Part shown: positions 27,380 to 36,752 of the stretch, one piece after another | How the letters are laid out: every line of letters starts with the position of its first letter | Numbering within the stretch: the first letter of the stretch is position 1 | Source of the DNA: a virus | DNA: 64,000 nt | Strand: one strand, 5' to 3' | Virus record (IMG/VR): IMGVR_UViG_3300025000_000067 | Span: 1-64,000 of that record | Made by a program: the position numbers and the translations under genes | The notes under the pieces: model-generated | Databases searched by the model: none | What the model saw: the letters and a program-made list of their open reading frames with translations, nothing else | Told to the model about the DNA's origin: nothing

Positions 27380-28861
27380 GTGTTATTACAAGCTATGAAC
27401 TCATTCCAAGTAGCAAGCCGGGAGTACAAAGAAGCTAAGAAAGGTCAATACTCGGATAAGACGGGGCCTAAGGAGTTTTTCAGGGCTTCGGAACTAGGCA
27501 GTGGTGACCGGAAGATTATCTACAGCTTTTTTAAACACCAACTGCCAACTAAAGGCAGATCTGCTAAGAGTCTTAGGCAGCTGGAGAACGGTGATAAAGT
27601 GCATGAAAGATACCAAACGGCATGGGAGGACATGGGAGTACTAATATCCATGGAGCAGCGCCTTTCCTCAAGGGACGACACCGAAGGTTTAGCTAAGTAT
27701 CCATGGGAGTGGGCAGGGCACTACGACGGACTACTCGATATGAATGTTCTAAGAGCCCATGCACTTGGTAAGACAACCGTTAACACGGTTAAAAAGCTTA
27801 ACGAGGCTGGAGAAGAAACTGAAGAGTTTGAGATGGAAGTGTCCATTGATGATGACTTTGCAGAGGAAATAGGAATTTTCAAAGTTGACGCTGAAGGAAA
27901 CTCAACCTATGAAGAGATTACTATGGTGGCTGACATTAAGACCATGAATCCCTTTGGATTTAAGTCCCTCAAAGGTGGTAAACTCTCAGAGATCACTGGA
28001 TACATTGACCAATTATCCTTTTACATGTACATGCTGAACACACCATACGGGTCAATCTTTGTTGAATGTAAAGGGTCAAATGACCTCTGCGAAATCCAAA
28101 TTGTTTGGACTGACCTACATGAAGGTCAAGAATATGTTTTTGATCCGGATCTTCATGGGGAGATTGAGGCTGGTAATGGAGTTCACCGGGTTGTCATTAA
28201 TAATGACCGATTCTTCGGAAGCGATAAGGAAGTTGGCCTAGTACCGAGACTTGACAAGCTGTGGAACACTAAAGAAATGCTGCTGAAGATCGAGGCCGGG
28301 GAACTTGATAACCCTATGCAAGAGGTTATGCCTCCAAGGTGCTCAACGGATCCGAGTAAGTTCCCATGCTCATGGGGAGAAGGTAAAGAAAAATGTGAGT
28401 TCTTTGATCACTGCTGGAATGACATCCACCACGGCTGCGCTACTAAACCCGAGGAAGGGTGTCCAGAGGAACTGGTGTGGGAAATGTCTGTAAGTACTGG
28501 TGGTAAAGACATTCGATTTGACAGCCGGAAGGTACCTACTGGGATTACAAAAGAAGCCTTTGAGACTTTAGTTAGAATGGGTGCCCTAGATCCTATTAAA
28601 TTTATCATTGTAGATCCAAGTACGGCTTCTGAGGTTGAGCTAGAAGATACAGCTCAGATTGATCACATGTTTGGCGCGGGTGGAGAGCTTAACCTAGCAC
28701 CACCTACAGAAGCTTCTGAAACAGTTGAATATACTAACACCGAGGGTAAAAAAGCCATCCAGTGTACCAAGTGCCATAAGGAAACAACCTACCAGAAGCT
28801 TGGAACCGGGAACACAAAAAAGTGTAGCTTCTGTAACCACATAAACAAGGTCAATCGATAA
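27380..28861 (+). CDS. PD-(D/E)xK (Cas4-like) exonuclease with C-terminal zinc ribbon
   Basis: GDKVHE, GHYDG, ADIKT, QLSFYM, Cys cluster; start moved to the GTG after the AAGGAG RBS; promoter TTGATA-N17-TATAAT upstream. Confidence 0.8.
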   Translation: MLLQAMNSFQVASREYKEAKKGQYSDKTGPKEFFRASELGSGDRKIIYSFFKHQLPTKGRSAKSLRQLENGDKVHERYQTAWEDMGVLISMEQRLSSRDDTEGLAKYPWEWAGHYDGLLDMNVLRAHALGKTTVNTVKKLNEAGEETEEFEMEVSIDDDFAEEIGIFKVDAEGNSTYEEITMVADIKTMNPFGFKSLKGGKLSEITGYIDQLSFYMYMLNTPYGSIFVECKGSNDLCEIQIVWTDLHEGQEYVFDPDLHGEIEAGNGVHRVVINNDRFFGSDKEVGLVPRLDKLWNTKEMLLKIEAGELDNPMQEVMPPRCSTDPSKFPCSWGEGKEKCEFFDHCWNDIHHGCATKPEEGCPEELVWEMSVSTGGKDIRFDSRKVPTGITKEAFETLVRMGALDPIKFIIVDPSTASEVELEDTAQIDHMFGAGGELNLAPPTEASETVEYTNTEGKKAIQCTKCHKETTYQKLGTGNTKKCSFCNHINKVNR

Positions 28862-29083
28862 GTAAATACGAGGGACCTTCTATGGGGGTCCCTTAATTAT
28901 AAGGAAGTGGTGTTAATGTTAGAGCGGTGCAGGTCTTGTAGTTTTGAGCATACAGACTTTACCTACGTTTTGTTTAAAAGGCATTTTGTTTCTAACCGTG
29001 TCTTGTCCTATTGTTCACGATGTAACCGTAGATTGTACCTAATATGCCACAAACCGAATCATACTGTTTAGGGTGGTGACTAA

Positions 29084-29575
29084 GTGAGGTTAAAAGTAGT
29101 AATTGCAATTGAAGTACTTCTTATATTTATATTACTTCTGTTGATCTCATACCAAGAGCAGCATCTTATGCCTAAGCCTAGTATTCATACTGTAGCGAGT
29201 GGCTTTCCCCAAGACTACCAAAGAGTTGTAGTACCACCTAAACCAGAACCTCAGAAGTCCCGTAGTAGTGACTTAGACCTTTTATGTGATTTTGAAGTCA
29301 CATGGTATAACAACGATGGCATAACCTATACAACAGCTAGTGGAGGACAGACCATAGCTGGCCGGACAGTAGGAGTTGATCCTAGGATTATACCCTTAGG
29401 AACATGGATCGAGATTCACATGCCTGATGGCAGTATTTTAAAACGAAGAGCTGAGGACACAGGGGGAGCAGTAAAAGGACGCATATTAGACGTCTACGCT
29501 AACAGGTCGAACGCAGAGCTTTTAAAACGTGGTAGAACTAAAGGGGTTGCAGTACGAATACTAGGAGGTAGTTAG
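29084..29575 (+). CDS. 3D-domain peptidoglycan hydrolase with N-terminal anchor
   Basis: VTWY..TASG..VGVDPRIIPLGT..AEDTGGAVKGRILDVY. Confidence 0.92.
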   Translation: MRLKVVIAIEVLLIFILLLLISYQEQHLMPKPSIHTVASGFPQDYQRVVVPPKPEPQKSRSSDLDLLCDFEVTWYNNDGITYTTASGGQTIAGRTVGVDPRIIPLGTWIEIHMPDGSILKRRAEDTGGAVKGRILDVYANRSNAELLKRGRTKGVAVRILGGS

Positions 29576-29746
29576 ACTATGTGTAGGATTAGAGAAGACC
29601 TAGGTGACGATCTTTGTGAACACTGCCCTCTCGATAGAGAGCTTAGGGGTACTTATAGTACTCCAGGTGGTAATTCTTCTGGGTGTGAGGGTAGTCACTG
29701 TGCTGAGGCCTACGAACTTTACCTAGATACTATGGAGGAATAGCCT

Positions 29747-30094
29747 ATGGTCAAAGTTATCAGTCTTAAGTCAGGAAAACGGTTAAATAGGCAAAATACT
29801 AAGTCCAATGACAAGCTAATTAACCAAGAGGGGCGCTACATCGGCGTCCTTCCTTCTGAAGATGCAGAGTTCATGAGGAAGTGGCATGATCGGCTTACCT
29901 ACGAGCAGGCGCAGATCCATGAGCTTATTGAAGAGTACGAGAAGAACCACATGCAGTACCTAACGGACCTAACGAGCATGATGCTCTATTTAGGATTTGA
30001 TCCGGAGTCATATGATCCTACCAAAGAGCGCTTATTTATTAGTGAGGATGGACATATTTGGCTAATAGAAAAGAAGGGGGGGGGGAGTAGTTAA
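29747..30094 (+). CDS. hypothetical protein
   Basis: GGAGG RBS. Confidence 0.6.
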   Translation: MVKVISLKSGKRLNRQNTKSNDKLINQEGRYIGVLPSEDAEFMRKWHDRLTYEQAQIHELIEEYEKNHMQYLTDLTSMMLYLGFDPESYDPTKERLFISEDGHIWLIEKKGGGSS

Positions 30095-30366
30095 TGGATC
30101 AAAAAACTAGAACAGCTAAGGATTTTGTTATCCAAGTGGCCGGAGGTAGGGAGCAGGCCGAAAAGATTATGGCTGAAGTCAGAGAGAACAACAAGAAGCT
30201 CGACTCCTGTATGCTGCATGACTTCTCTATTGACCTTATGCCAGAACGTCCTATTGCTATGGGTAATAAGTGGCAGTGCTCTAAATGCGGTGGAAAAGTA
30301 GACCATGATAGAAAACGGTGGTATGAGCTAGGCCTTATGCATATGGCTACAGAAGGGGGAGTTTAG
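30094..30366 (+). CDS. hypothetical zinc-binding phage protein
   Basis: C..HDF..WQCSKCGG..WYELGL. Confidence 0.65.
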   Translation: MDQKTRTAKDFVIQVAGGREQAEKIMAEVRENNKKLDSCMLHDFSIDLMPERPIAMGNKWQCSKCGGKVDHDRKRWYELGLMHMATEGGV

Positions 30367-30369
30367 ACT

Positions 30370-30921
30370 ATGTACTTTATTGAAAAATCTGAGGATCTAG
30401 TGGGTAAAATAGTAGCTTTTGTTCATGCTGCACGGTTTGCTGAAGCTATTACAATTGCAACCACAGATGGTGGGGTTATGGTTATAGAACAGGATGCTGA
30501 TGAAGAGATACGAATTTTTAAGCAGCATCAGGTTCAAAGGTACCTTTTTGAAAATCATGATAGTGGTAAGACTCTACTACCTAAGCTTCAGGAACTTGGC
30601 ATTATTAAAGAAAATGAGTACGCGGATTTGAAAGAGGCCCAGCGTCTCCGGCGTGAGGAGTCTGATAGGCAGCAAGCTATTCAGAAGGAGAAGAGAGAAC
30701 GCGCTGAGCTTATAAGGCTTAAGGAAAAGTATGATGGTGTAGGTCCTGAAATCACTAATGAAGCTGTTTTAAATATGCTTAAGAATTCCGGCTTTACTGT
30801 GACAGAACGTAAGCTACCTGCTAAGGATGCTAAAGAACTCTTAGACAGAGTGTTTATCCCACCTGAATTTAAAGCAGAAGCTAAAAACCCTGAAATTAAG
30901 TGTGAAGTCTCAAGGTGCTAA
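30370..30921 (+). CDS. hypothetical protein
   Basis: GGAG RBS; coiled coil. Confidence 0.65.
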   Translation: MYFIEKSEDLVGKIVAFVHAARFAEAITIATTDGGVMVIEQDADEEIRIFKQHQVQRYLFENHDSGKTLLPKLQELGIIKENEYADLKEAQRLRREESDRQQAIQKEKRERAELIRLKEKYDGVGPEITNEAVLNMLKNSGFTVTERKLPAKDAKELLDRVFIPPEFKAEAKNPEIKCEVSRC

Positions 30922-31053
30922 GTTCTTAAAAAGATGGTGATGTGTAGGTATACATGGGGTTGTGCCCAGTGTAATCAACATTATGATTGTAAAACTAAGT
31001 ACTGTAACACATGCGCTTTACCAGATTGTCCTTTATTATTAAAATAGTGGATA

Positions 31054-31097
31054 AGAAGAGCCTGTGGTGACCTCGGATGGGGGCCACAGGCTCTTCT
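31054..31097. repeat. hairpin, direct-repeat copy 1
   Basis: AGAAGAGCCTGTGGTGACCTCGGATGGGGGCCACAGGCTCTTCT. Confidence 0.85.
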
Positions 31098-31117
31098 ACT
31101 AGGGGGTGTCGTAGGTA

Positions 31118-31708
31118 TTGTTTGAGAAGACACGAAGTCTTAATAGCATTGTAAGTTTTAATTTGAACGTGCACCAATTCTATATACCTAAGCTATATAC
31201 AGAGTATCGGAGTTTGGTTAATAAGCTTGGCTTGTGCACTCTAAGAACTGATCATGCATCTCTACTTGAAGACTTGCCATTTTATATAGTCGATGCCCAT
31301 AAAGACAGCAGTGAAAAATTAGATGCTATATGGGCTAATGCACAGGATAGGGGTTACAGGTTTATCATAAGTGACGGTATTAAGTATGATGCTATTCAAG
31401 AGTATAATATGGTTGTTAAATTTCAGGAAGACGGTCATTTTTTATTTGAAGCTTCAGGCTTAAAAGTCCCACTTAGGCATATGTACAGATATCCTACTTC
31501 ACTGCTATCATGTACTGGCACCTTATCAGAGGGGATTCACCTTTGGTACATGTTTAATGTACAATATGGGCTAAATAGGCTAGTAATTAAAAATGATTTG
31601 TTAACTCTATACAACTACGGATTATTTGATAAGTGGTTAGAGGTAACAAAGTACCCAATACCAGTAGGCATAAGAAACGAAAACATTGTATTCTGGCAAA
31701 TAAAGTAA
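31118..31708 (+). CDS. hypothetical protein flanked by directly repeated hairpins
   Basis: 196-aa AT-rich ORF; C-terminal EVTKYPIPVGIRNENIVFW. Confidence 0.65.
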   Translation: MFEKTRSLNSIVSFNLNVHQFYIPKLYTEYRSLVNKLGLCTLRTDHASLLEDLPFYIVDAHKDSSEKLDAIWANAQDRGYRFIISDGIKYDAIQEYNMVVKFQEDGHFLFEASGLKVPLRHMYRYPTSLLSCTGTLSEGIHLWYMFNVQYGLNRLVIKNDLLTLYNYGLFDKWLEVTKYPIPVGIRNENIVFWQIK

Positions 31709-31710
31709 TT

Positions 31711-31762
31711 AACAGAAAGAGCCCGTGGTTACCTCAGATGAGGGCCACAGGCTCTTTCTGTT
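31711..31762. terminator. hairpin copy 2; probable bidirectional terminator between convergent genes
   Basis: AACAGAAAGAGCCCGTGGTTACCTCAGATGAGGGCCACAGGCTCTTTCTGTT. Confidence 0.75.
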
Positions 31763-32642
31763 TACCATACCATATAGGCCCCAAGGGATCTTCTGAAGCC
31801 AATTCATTTGATGTAAAGAGCCACTGCAGGTCAGTATTGTCTATTCCATAGATAGCGTTCCTCAGCCTCAGAGCGCGGTCTAGGTTTGTCGTGACTGTTA
31901 GGATAAGGGGGAAGGTTCCATAGATCGATTCAAAGCTTTTAGAGGCATAGTAGGCTGTATAGCGCTGGTGTTTCCTTTGGAAGACCGGTAGGCTCATGGT
32001 TCCATTGTCTAATTCTAGGAAAAAGTGGATACCTTCATCTTCTGAAAACCAATACTGGCCATAAGCATCCGGATTACATACCATCTTCTTCCCCCAGAAG
32101 GTGAAACTATGTCGGGTATGGTTTTCTGTTCTGTACCCGGTAACTTCATGCTTATGTTTTCGAGCATTCCGGAGAAGTGAAATGTAGAAGTTATTGATGT
32201 CTACCATATGCTTAAGGTACGGAAGTCTTGTTTCGTTCATTTCATAGGACCATGATAGTTCTTCTACTTCTTGGTTAAGAAGTCCGGCTACAATCTTGGC
32301 ACCCAGTTTATCAAGGATAATATGGCCTTGGCTTGTTCCTTCATTCCCAATGTCTACAAAGAATCGGTCAACGAGTTGAGCATCAAAAAGTTTTCGGATC
32401 CTTCGTCTTGCAATAAGCTCTGATTGAGAGTTTTCAAGTCCTTTAGAGTTGTATCTGTAGTGCATTTCAGCTATTTGTCTGGTGGTTAAGCAGCGTTGAT
32501 AGTAGATAGATAACAGGACTTCTCTATCCCTTGGCGTTAACATAGGGTTCTGGTAAACTTCTCGTATTGACCGCTCAGTGTCCCCCTGTTTTCTGACGAA
32601 TTTATTAATCCTTCGTGAGGTAATTTGTCTAGTTTCTAGCAT
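31734..32642 (-). CDS. replication-relaxation family protein (Replic_Relax, relaxase-like)
   Basis: LTPRDREVL..LTTRQIA winged helix; H...IN; PDAY; FLELDNGTM; K...Y..Y. Confidence 0.9.
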   Translation of the reverse strand: MLETRQITSRRINKFVRKQGDTERSIREVYQNPMLTPRDREVLLSIYYQRCLTTRQIAEMHYRYNSKGLENSQSELIARRRIRKLFDAQLVDRFFVDIGNEGTSQGHIILDKLGAKIVAGLLNQEVEELSWSYEMNETRLPYLKHMVDINNFYISLLRNARKHKHEVTGYRTENHTRHSFTFWGKKMVCNPDAYGQYWFSEDEGIHFFLELDNGTMSLPVFQRKHQRYTAYYASKSFESIYGTFPLILTVTTNLDRALRLRNAIYGIDNTDLQWLFTSNELASEDPLGPIWYGKQKEPVALI

Positions 32643-32653
32643 ACCCTATCCTC

Positions 32654-35131
32654 CTACTTAACTCTCTGGATCTTACCTGTGGCCTTCCCAGTCTTTATAG
32701 AAGCACTCTGGTCTTCGGTAATCTGATTCTTTTGGATGGTACTATATCGGGCTTCTATGTCATCTTTTATTTCTGAGATATGCTTATAATTCCTAGTTTT
32801 ATAAGCATCTTTCCATTTCTTAACTTCAGCTAGCCCAACACTAGGAAAGTAGTCATCCATGTTAAGACAATCAAAAGTGAAAGGACTTGGGTGGATCTTT
32901 TTAAACCGTCCGTAGCCTGTATACTGAACCATAGATGTTAGGTCCTCTTCTGTAACTTCCGGCAGCATACGTTTGATTTTAGGTGCTGAAGATGTCCCTA
33001 TGAGTAGGCTCACTTGGGTGAAGGTGTTGTCTTCGATCATGCCCATAAGCTTAGCTGGGATCTGTTCAACGCTTTGATGGGCTAGGACTAAACCTAGGCC
33101 ATAGCTTCTGGCCATTTCTAAGAAACGCTGAATATCAGATTCTTGGTCGAGGAACATCTCAAATTCGTCTAAGATGGCCACATGGGGTATCCGTTTATCG
33201 ACTTCTGTATCCCCTCTACTAAATACCGCTTTACTGATAAAGGCAGTGAATAGGGTTCCGAAGAAGGAGATAATTTCGTTTTCGTTTTTGTCTAGCGCAA
33301 AGTTGACTATAATAATTGCTTTTTCGTCTAACATCTTTCTCCATTTATACAAGTTTGTCTTTTGACACATGCTATACCGCGGTAATTCATTTTGGGTAAT
33401 GACCTCAAGCTTATTAAGGATAGCTTTAGACTCTGCTTGGCGTGCTCTAATCTTCATGCCTTTGTAGCTTTGCCAGTAGCTTAGGACATCCGGAAATTCT
33501 GTGTCATCTTCCATCTTAGCTAGGGTCCAATCTAAATAATCTTCATCTGTGAACATGCGGTAGACTTCTAGTATAGATCCTTCAGGATTTGTGCTTATGA
33601 CTGCAATGAGGGCTCTTCTGAGGATGCTTTGACTGTGCTCCTTAATAGAACCCTCACTATTGAGTTTTAGGAAGACAGAGACGATCATAGTGGCCAGATT
33701 GTAGGTGCTCATACCAGGCTGTATCAGGAAATTAAGAGGTATAAACTGCGCTATGTCCTGAAGGTCAATGTAATGTACCCGGTGCCATTCACTTTTTGGA
33801 AGATGGGCCATTAGTTCATCGGCCACATCTCCTTTAACGTCAAAGAAGGTCAGACCACAGTGTCTTATAATTTGAAGTCCTAAGAACGATAGCCACCAGC
33901 TTTTTCCGCTACCTGTTCCACCAATGCAGTAGACATGTTGCATAAGCATTTTAATATCTTTAAAAGCTAGGTATTTTAGACGACCTCTAAAGTTTGATCT
34001 TCCGAAGACAATAGCTTGGTCTTTCCACGCTTCTTCAATGGTATTGTACTGATAGACTCCATCAGGTACAGGCATTTTTTTAGCCTGCAGTCGTATGATT
34101 CCTGGGATGTTCTTTGCTGGGAAATGGAGGATCGTTGCAAGCTCTGCTGGGGTAACATAGTTTTCAATAGGGTATGTATGAATTCTTCTTGCTGCATAGT
34201 CTTTCAAGAATTGACTTACCCCGTGTTGGTTAAATAATCTTAAATGTCTTTTATAGTATTTTTCTCGGTAGTCAGAGAAGGGTCTAAAACGATTTTTATC
34301 AGTGGCTGGTGCAAAGGAGCTAATAACTGTGGATAAGCGTGCTCGGGCTTTACCGAAGGCATTGTGGCTGCATACGAGACGTATTTCTAAGTCAAAATAA
34401 ATACCGGCTTCTAGTTTCTTTTGAATTGAGTTTAAACTGGTGTTATGGTCTTTTGATCCAGCATTGCCTGTGAGGGTATAGTGTATAGCTCCTAGTAATG
34501 CTTTGGGGGTTTTCATTAGTCCAGTCCATTTAGCATATGGGTAGTGCATGCGACTAGGTCGTTTACCTGTTTTTTTATATATTTCGTAGTGGCTATTGGC
34601 TATGACTAAGGCTCTATAGGGTACAGGTCTTAGGGTAAATTGAACCCATACTTCTTCTTCATCATCTAGGTTTTGCATGGAGGCGCATAAACTAGCTATC
34701 ATATCTGCTCCGATGCGTTCACCGTCTGACTGTAGAAGATTAAAGAGATAATGGCTGTCAAGTTCTAGCGTGGCACAGGCTACGTTTAAGGCATAGAGTC
34801 TTCCGAAGCGTCCGTAATCTTTTTTAGGTGTAATAATTTCTGCTGATTTGTGGATAGAGTTTATATTGCTCTGGATAAAATCTTTTTCTAGATTTTTTGA
34901 AAGCCAAGTGTATAGGTTAATACCTTTATTGGTTCCTTGGAACTCAAAGCTTAACCAGTCATAGGGTTTTTTAGGGTTATATATCGTATAGAGAGAATCA
35001 AATAGACTATTGTACTGAGATGGCTTAAATTCAGAATCTTTTTCAATGAGTATTTGGTATAGGTTCCCATTCTTAGATCCACTGCTTAAGCGTTTTCGGT
35101 GAATAGGGTACATTAGGCTTTTTATGATCAT
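32654..35131 (-). CDS. VirD4/TraD-like type IV coupling ATPase
   Basis: Walker A GGTGSGKS, FDVKGD, Walker B AILDEF, ARSYGLGLVLAHQSVEQI. Confidence 0.9.
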   Translation of the reverse strand: MIIKSLMYPIHRKRLSSGSKNGNLYQILIEKDSEFKPSQYNSLFDSLYTIYNPKKPYDWLSFEFQGTNKGINLYTWLSKNLEKDFIQSNINSIHKSAEIITPKKDYGRFGRLYALNVACATLELDSHYLFNLLQSDGERIGADMIASLCASMQNLDDEEEVWVQFTLRPVPYRALVIANSHYEIYKKTGKRPSRMHYPYAKWTGLMKTPKALLGAIHYTLTGNAGSKDHNTSLNSIQKKLEAGIYFDLEIRLVCSHNAFGKARARLSTVISSFAPATDKNRFRPFSDYREKYYKRHLRLFNQHGVSQFLKDYAARRIHTYPIENYVTPAELATILHFPAKNIPGIIRLQAKKMPVPDGVYQYNTIEEAWKDQAIVFGRSNFRGRLKYLAFKDIKMLMQHVYCIGGTGSGKSWWLSFLGLQIIRHCGLTFFDVKGDVADELMAHLPKSEWHRVHYIDLQDIAQFIPLNFLIQPGMSTYNLATMIVSVFLKLNSEGSIKEHSQSILRRALIAVISTNPEGSILEVYRMFTDEDYLDWTLAKMEDDTEFPDVLSYWQSYKGMKIRARQAESKAILNKLEVITQNELPRYSMCQKTNLYKWRKMLDEKAIIIVNFALDKNENEIISFFGTLFTAFISKAVFSRGDTEVDKRIPHVAILDEFEMFLDQESDIQRFLEMARSYGLGLVLAHQSVEQIPAKLMGMIEDNTFTQVSLLIGTSSAPKIKRMLPEVTEEDLTSMVQYTGYGRFKKIHPSPFTFDCLNMDDYFPSVGLAEVKKWKDAYKTRNYKHISEIKDDIEARYSTIQKNQITEDQSASIKTGKATGKIQRVK

Positions 35132-35367
35132 GCTGTCATACCACCTTTGACTGCTTCTTTAATAATATTCCATAGGAGCTGGCCAAGGTCTGTTATTGCT
35201 TGACCGGAGTGTAAGTAGAGTACTAACGCATCACGTTTTACTTGTAGGGCATAGATAACTAAATTACACATTTTAACTATAAAGATTAAGATTACACCAG
35301 TAAAAACACTACCGAAAGTTATCTTTAATATCCAAGATTCAATCTCGTTATGTGAAGGTATATGCAT
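35128..35367 (-). CDS. small membrane protein
   Basis: long hydrophobic segment; ATGA-coupled to the ATPase gene. Confidence 0.7.
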   Translation of the reverse strand: MHIPSHNEIESWILKITFGSVFTGVILIFIVKMCNLVIYALQVKRDALVLYLHSGQAITDLGQLLWNIIKEAVKGGMTA

Positions 35368-35376
35368 AATATCCTC

Positions 35377-35823
35377 CTAAACGCTAAGTAACGTTTTACA
35401 AGCAGCATAGATATCATTAAATAACCCAATAACTTCATAAAGTATAATTCCACCACCGACAAAGGCAACAAGAGGAATAACATCACCGCGTCCTGTAAAC
35501 TTTAAAAATGAACTTACAACTAAAGTAAAAAAGCCAACAACAAGCATATGGAGTAATATAGCTCCTTTCCCTCCCCAAAAACTTGTAGGTACGACTGTTC
35601 CTGATGTAACAGCTAGCGCTGGGTGCATAAAGTTAAAGAGAGCTGAACCAGGTAGTAGAATATTAAGAGTTGTAAAAGCTATACTAGGTGCTAAAGCAAC
35701 AGCTAGATTAACTATTTTTTGGTGTTTTTTGTACCAACGTATAAAACTTCGATTAATAAATACTAATTCAGAATCTAAATACTTTAATTCAGACAACTTT
35801 CCAATTACTTGTACTTTTTTCAT
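35377..35823 (-). CDS. membrane protein with C-terminal SpoIIIAC/AD-like domain
   Basis: ungapped register match of VG..L...GR.D....V...G...IL..V....ND.Y...K to the SpoIIIAC pattern (recalled, not searched); leader ends in ALA. Confidence 0.6.
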   Translation of the reverse strand: MKKVQVIGKLSELKYLDSELVFINRSFIRWYKKHQKIVNLAVALAPSIAFTTLNILLPGSALFNFMHPALAVTSGTVVPTSFWGGKGAILLHMLVVGFFTLVVSSFLKFTGRGDVIPLVAFVGGGIILYEVIGLFNDIYAACKTLLSV

Positions 35824-35945
35824 AAGACACTTCCTTTTTAGATATACTGTGGTGTATTTTTATGTTAAACATTAGATTTACATGCAAGTACCAATAAATT
35901 AAGAAATAGTATCTCAGGTATATCTTTATTGAATAATACAAAAAG

Positions 35946-35985
35946 AAATGCTAAGAAGCTTGCTGTCAGCGGTTTCTTAGCATTT
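35946..35985. terminator. hairpin upstream of the transfer operon (terminator or oriT candidate)
   Basis: AAATGCTAAGAAGC..GTTTCTTAGCATTT. Confidence 0.55.
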
Positions 35986-36080
35986 TTATATAGACTAGTT
36001 TATTTCTTTTTTCTATTTTTAATATTTAAATTTACAATTCTCAAAGTGAGGAGGATTTCTTTTTCTCTCTTTTCTTCTTC

Positions 36081-36425
36081 CTACCATATCTTTAGTTGAA
36101 ATCGTTGTTTCCTTGGAAACCAAGAAATCAACTTATCACTCAAAATATGAACAACAGCTCCTAAAGCTATAAACTCAAAAACTACTACACCAAACAATAA
36201 GAAAGGAAAAGCTAACAATAAAATACCAAATAAGCTATGACAATGCCCTCTGTGTTTCATCCATCGACTAAAAATATTATATCGACCCAATGTTGATGTT
36301 CGGAGATCAATATCAGGTAATAGACTTCCAAAAAGAATACAAAAAAACAATAAAGGACTTTGAACTATAAACAACCCAACTACTGATCCTATAATAAGAT
36401 GACCTAAAAAGTTGAATACAATCAC
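36081..36425 (-). CDS. YdjM-like membrane metal-dependent hydrolase
   Basis: GH, GSLLPDID, HRGHCHS, HILSD. Confidence 0.88.
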   Translation of the reverse strand: MIVFNFLGHLIIGSVVGLFIVQSPLLFFCILFGSLLPDIDLRTSTLGRYNIFSRWMKHRGHCHSLFGILLLAFPFLLFGVVVFEFIALGAVVHILSDKLISWFPRKQRFQLKIW

Positions 36426-36450
36426 CTTCTCTCTTTTAAGTTGATAAATA

Positions 36451-36480
36451 TAGTATGTTCAATTTCAAGTTCATCTATCC
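36451..36480 (-). promoter_or_regulatory. sigma-G-type (forespore) promoter
   Basis: on minus: GGATA-N18-CATACTA. Confidence 0.6.
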
Positions 36481-36489
36481 TACCAAATT

Positions 36490-36744
36490 TTAGAATTTAT
36501 TTTTATACAGAATATTAGCTTTTAAAGATCCCTCAGGCTGCTTTTTAACTGTAGGCTCTTCAGGTATTACCCAAGGTTCAGGAGTCTTAGGGACTTCTGG
36601 AATAGCCCTCATCACTGGCGACCCCTTCTCTATCTGCATAGCTTTACGGTAAACCTCTTTAAGTCGTCCGGTCTTATTCTTATACCGCTCCAAATCTCTT
36701 ATAATATCTGCATCATCTGTAGGATGTAACCTAAACCCAGCCAT
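36490..36744 (-). CDS. ParR-like RHH adaptor
   Basis: FRL..DDADII..LE...N.T..LKE.YR; immediately downstream of parM. Confidence 0.7.
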   Translation of the reverse strand: MAGFRLHPTDDADIIRDLERYKNKTGRLKEVYRKAMQIEKGSPVMRAIPEVPKTPEPWVIPEEPTVKKQPEGSLKANILYKNKF

Positions 36745-36752
36745 AGCTTAAA

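Noticed and set aside
27185-28861. Cas4-like gene as part of a CRISPR system
   Set aside because: No repeat-spacer array or other cas genes are present; it is an ordinary phage exonuclease. The 27185 start is an ORF-caller overextension.
35824-35890. sigma-E promoter for the SpoIIIAC-like operon (GCATG-N16-CATAAAAA on minus)
   Set aside because: It lacks the conserved final T of the -10 element; too weak to call.
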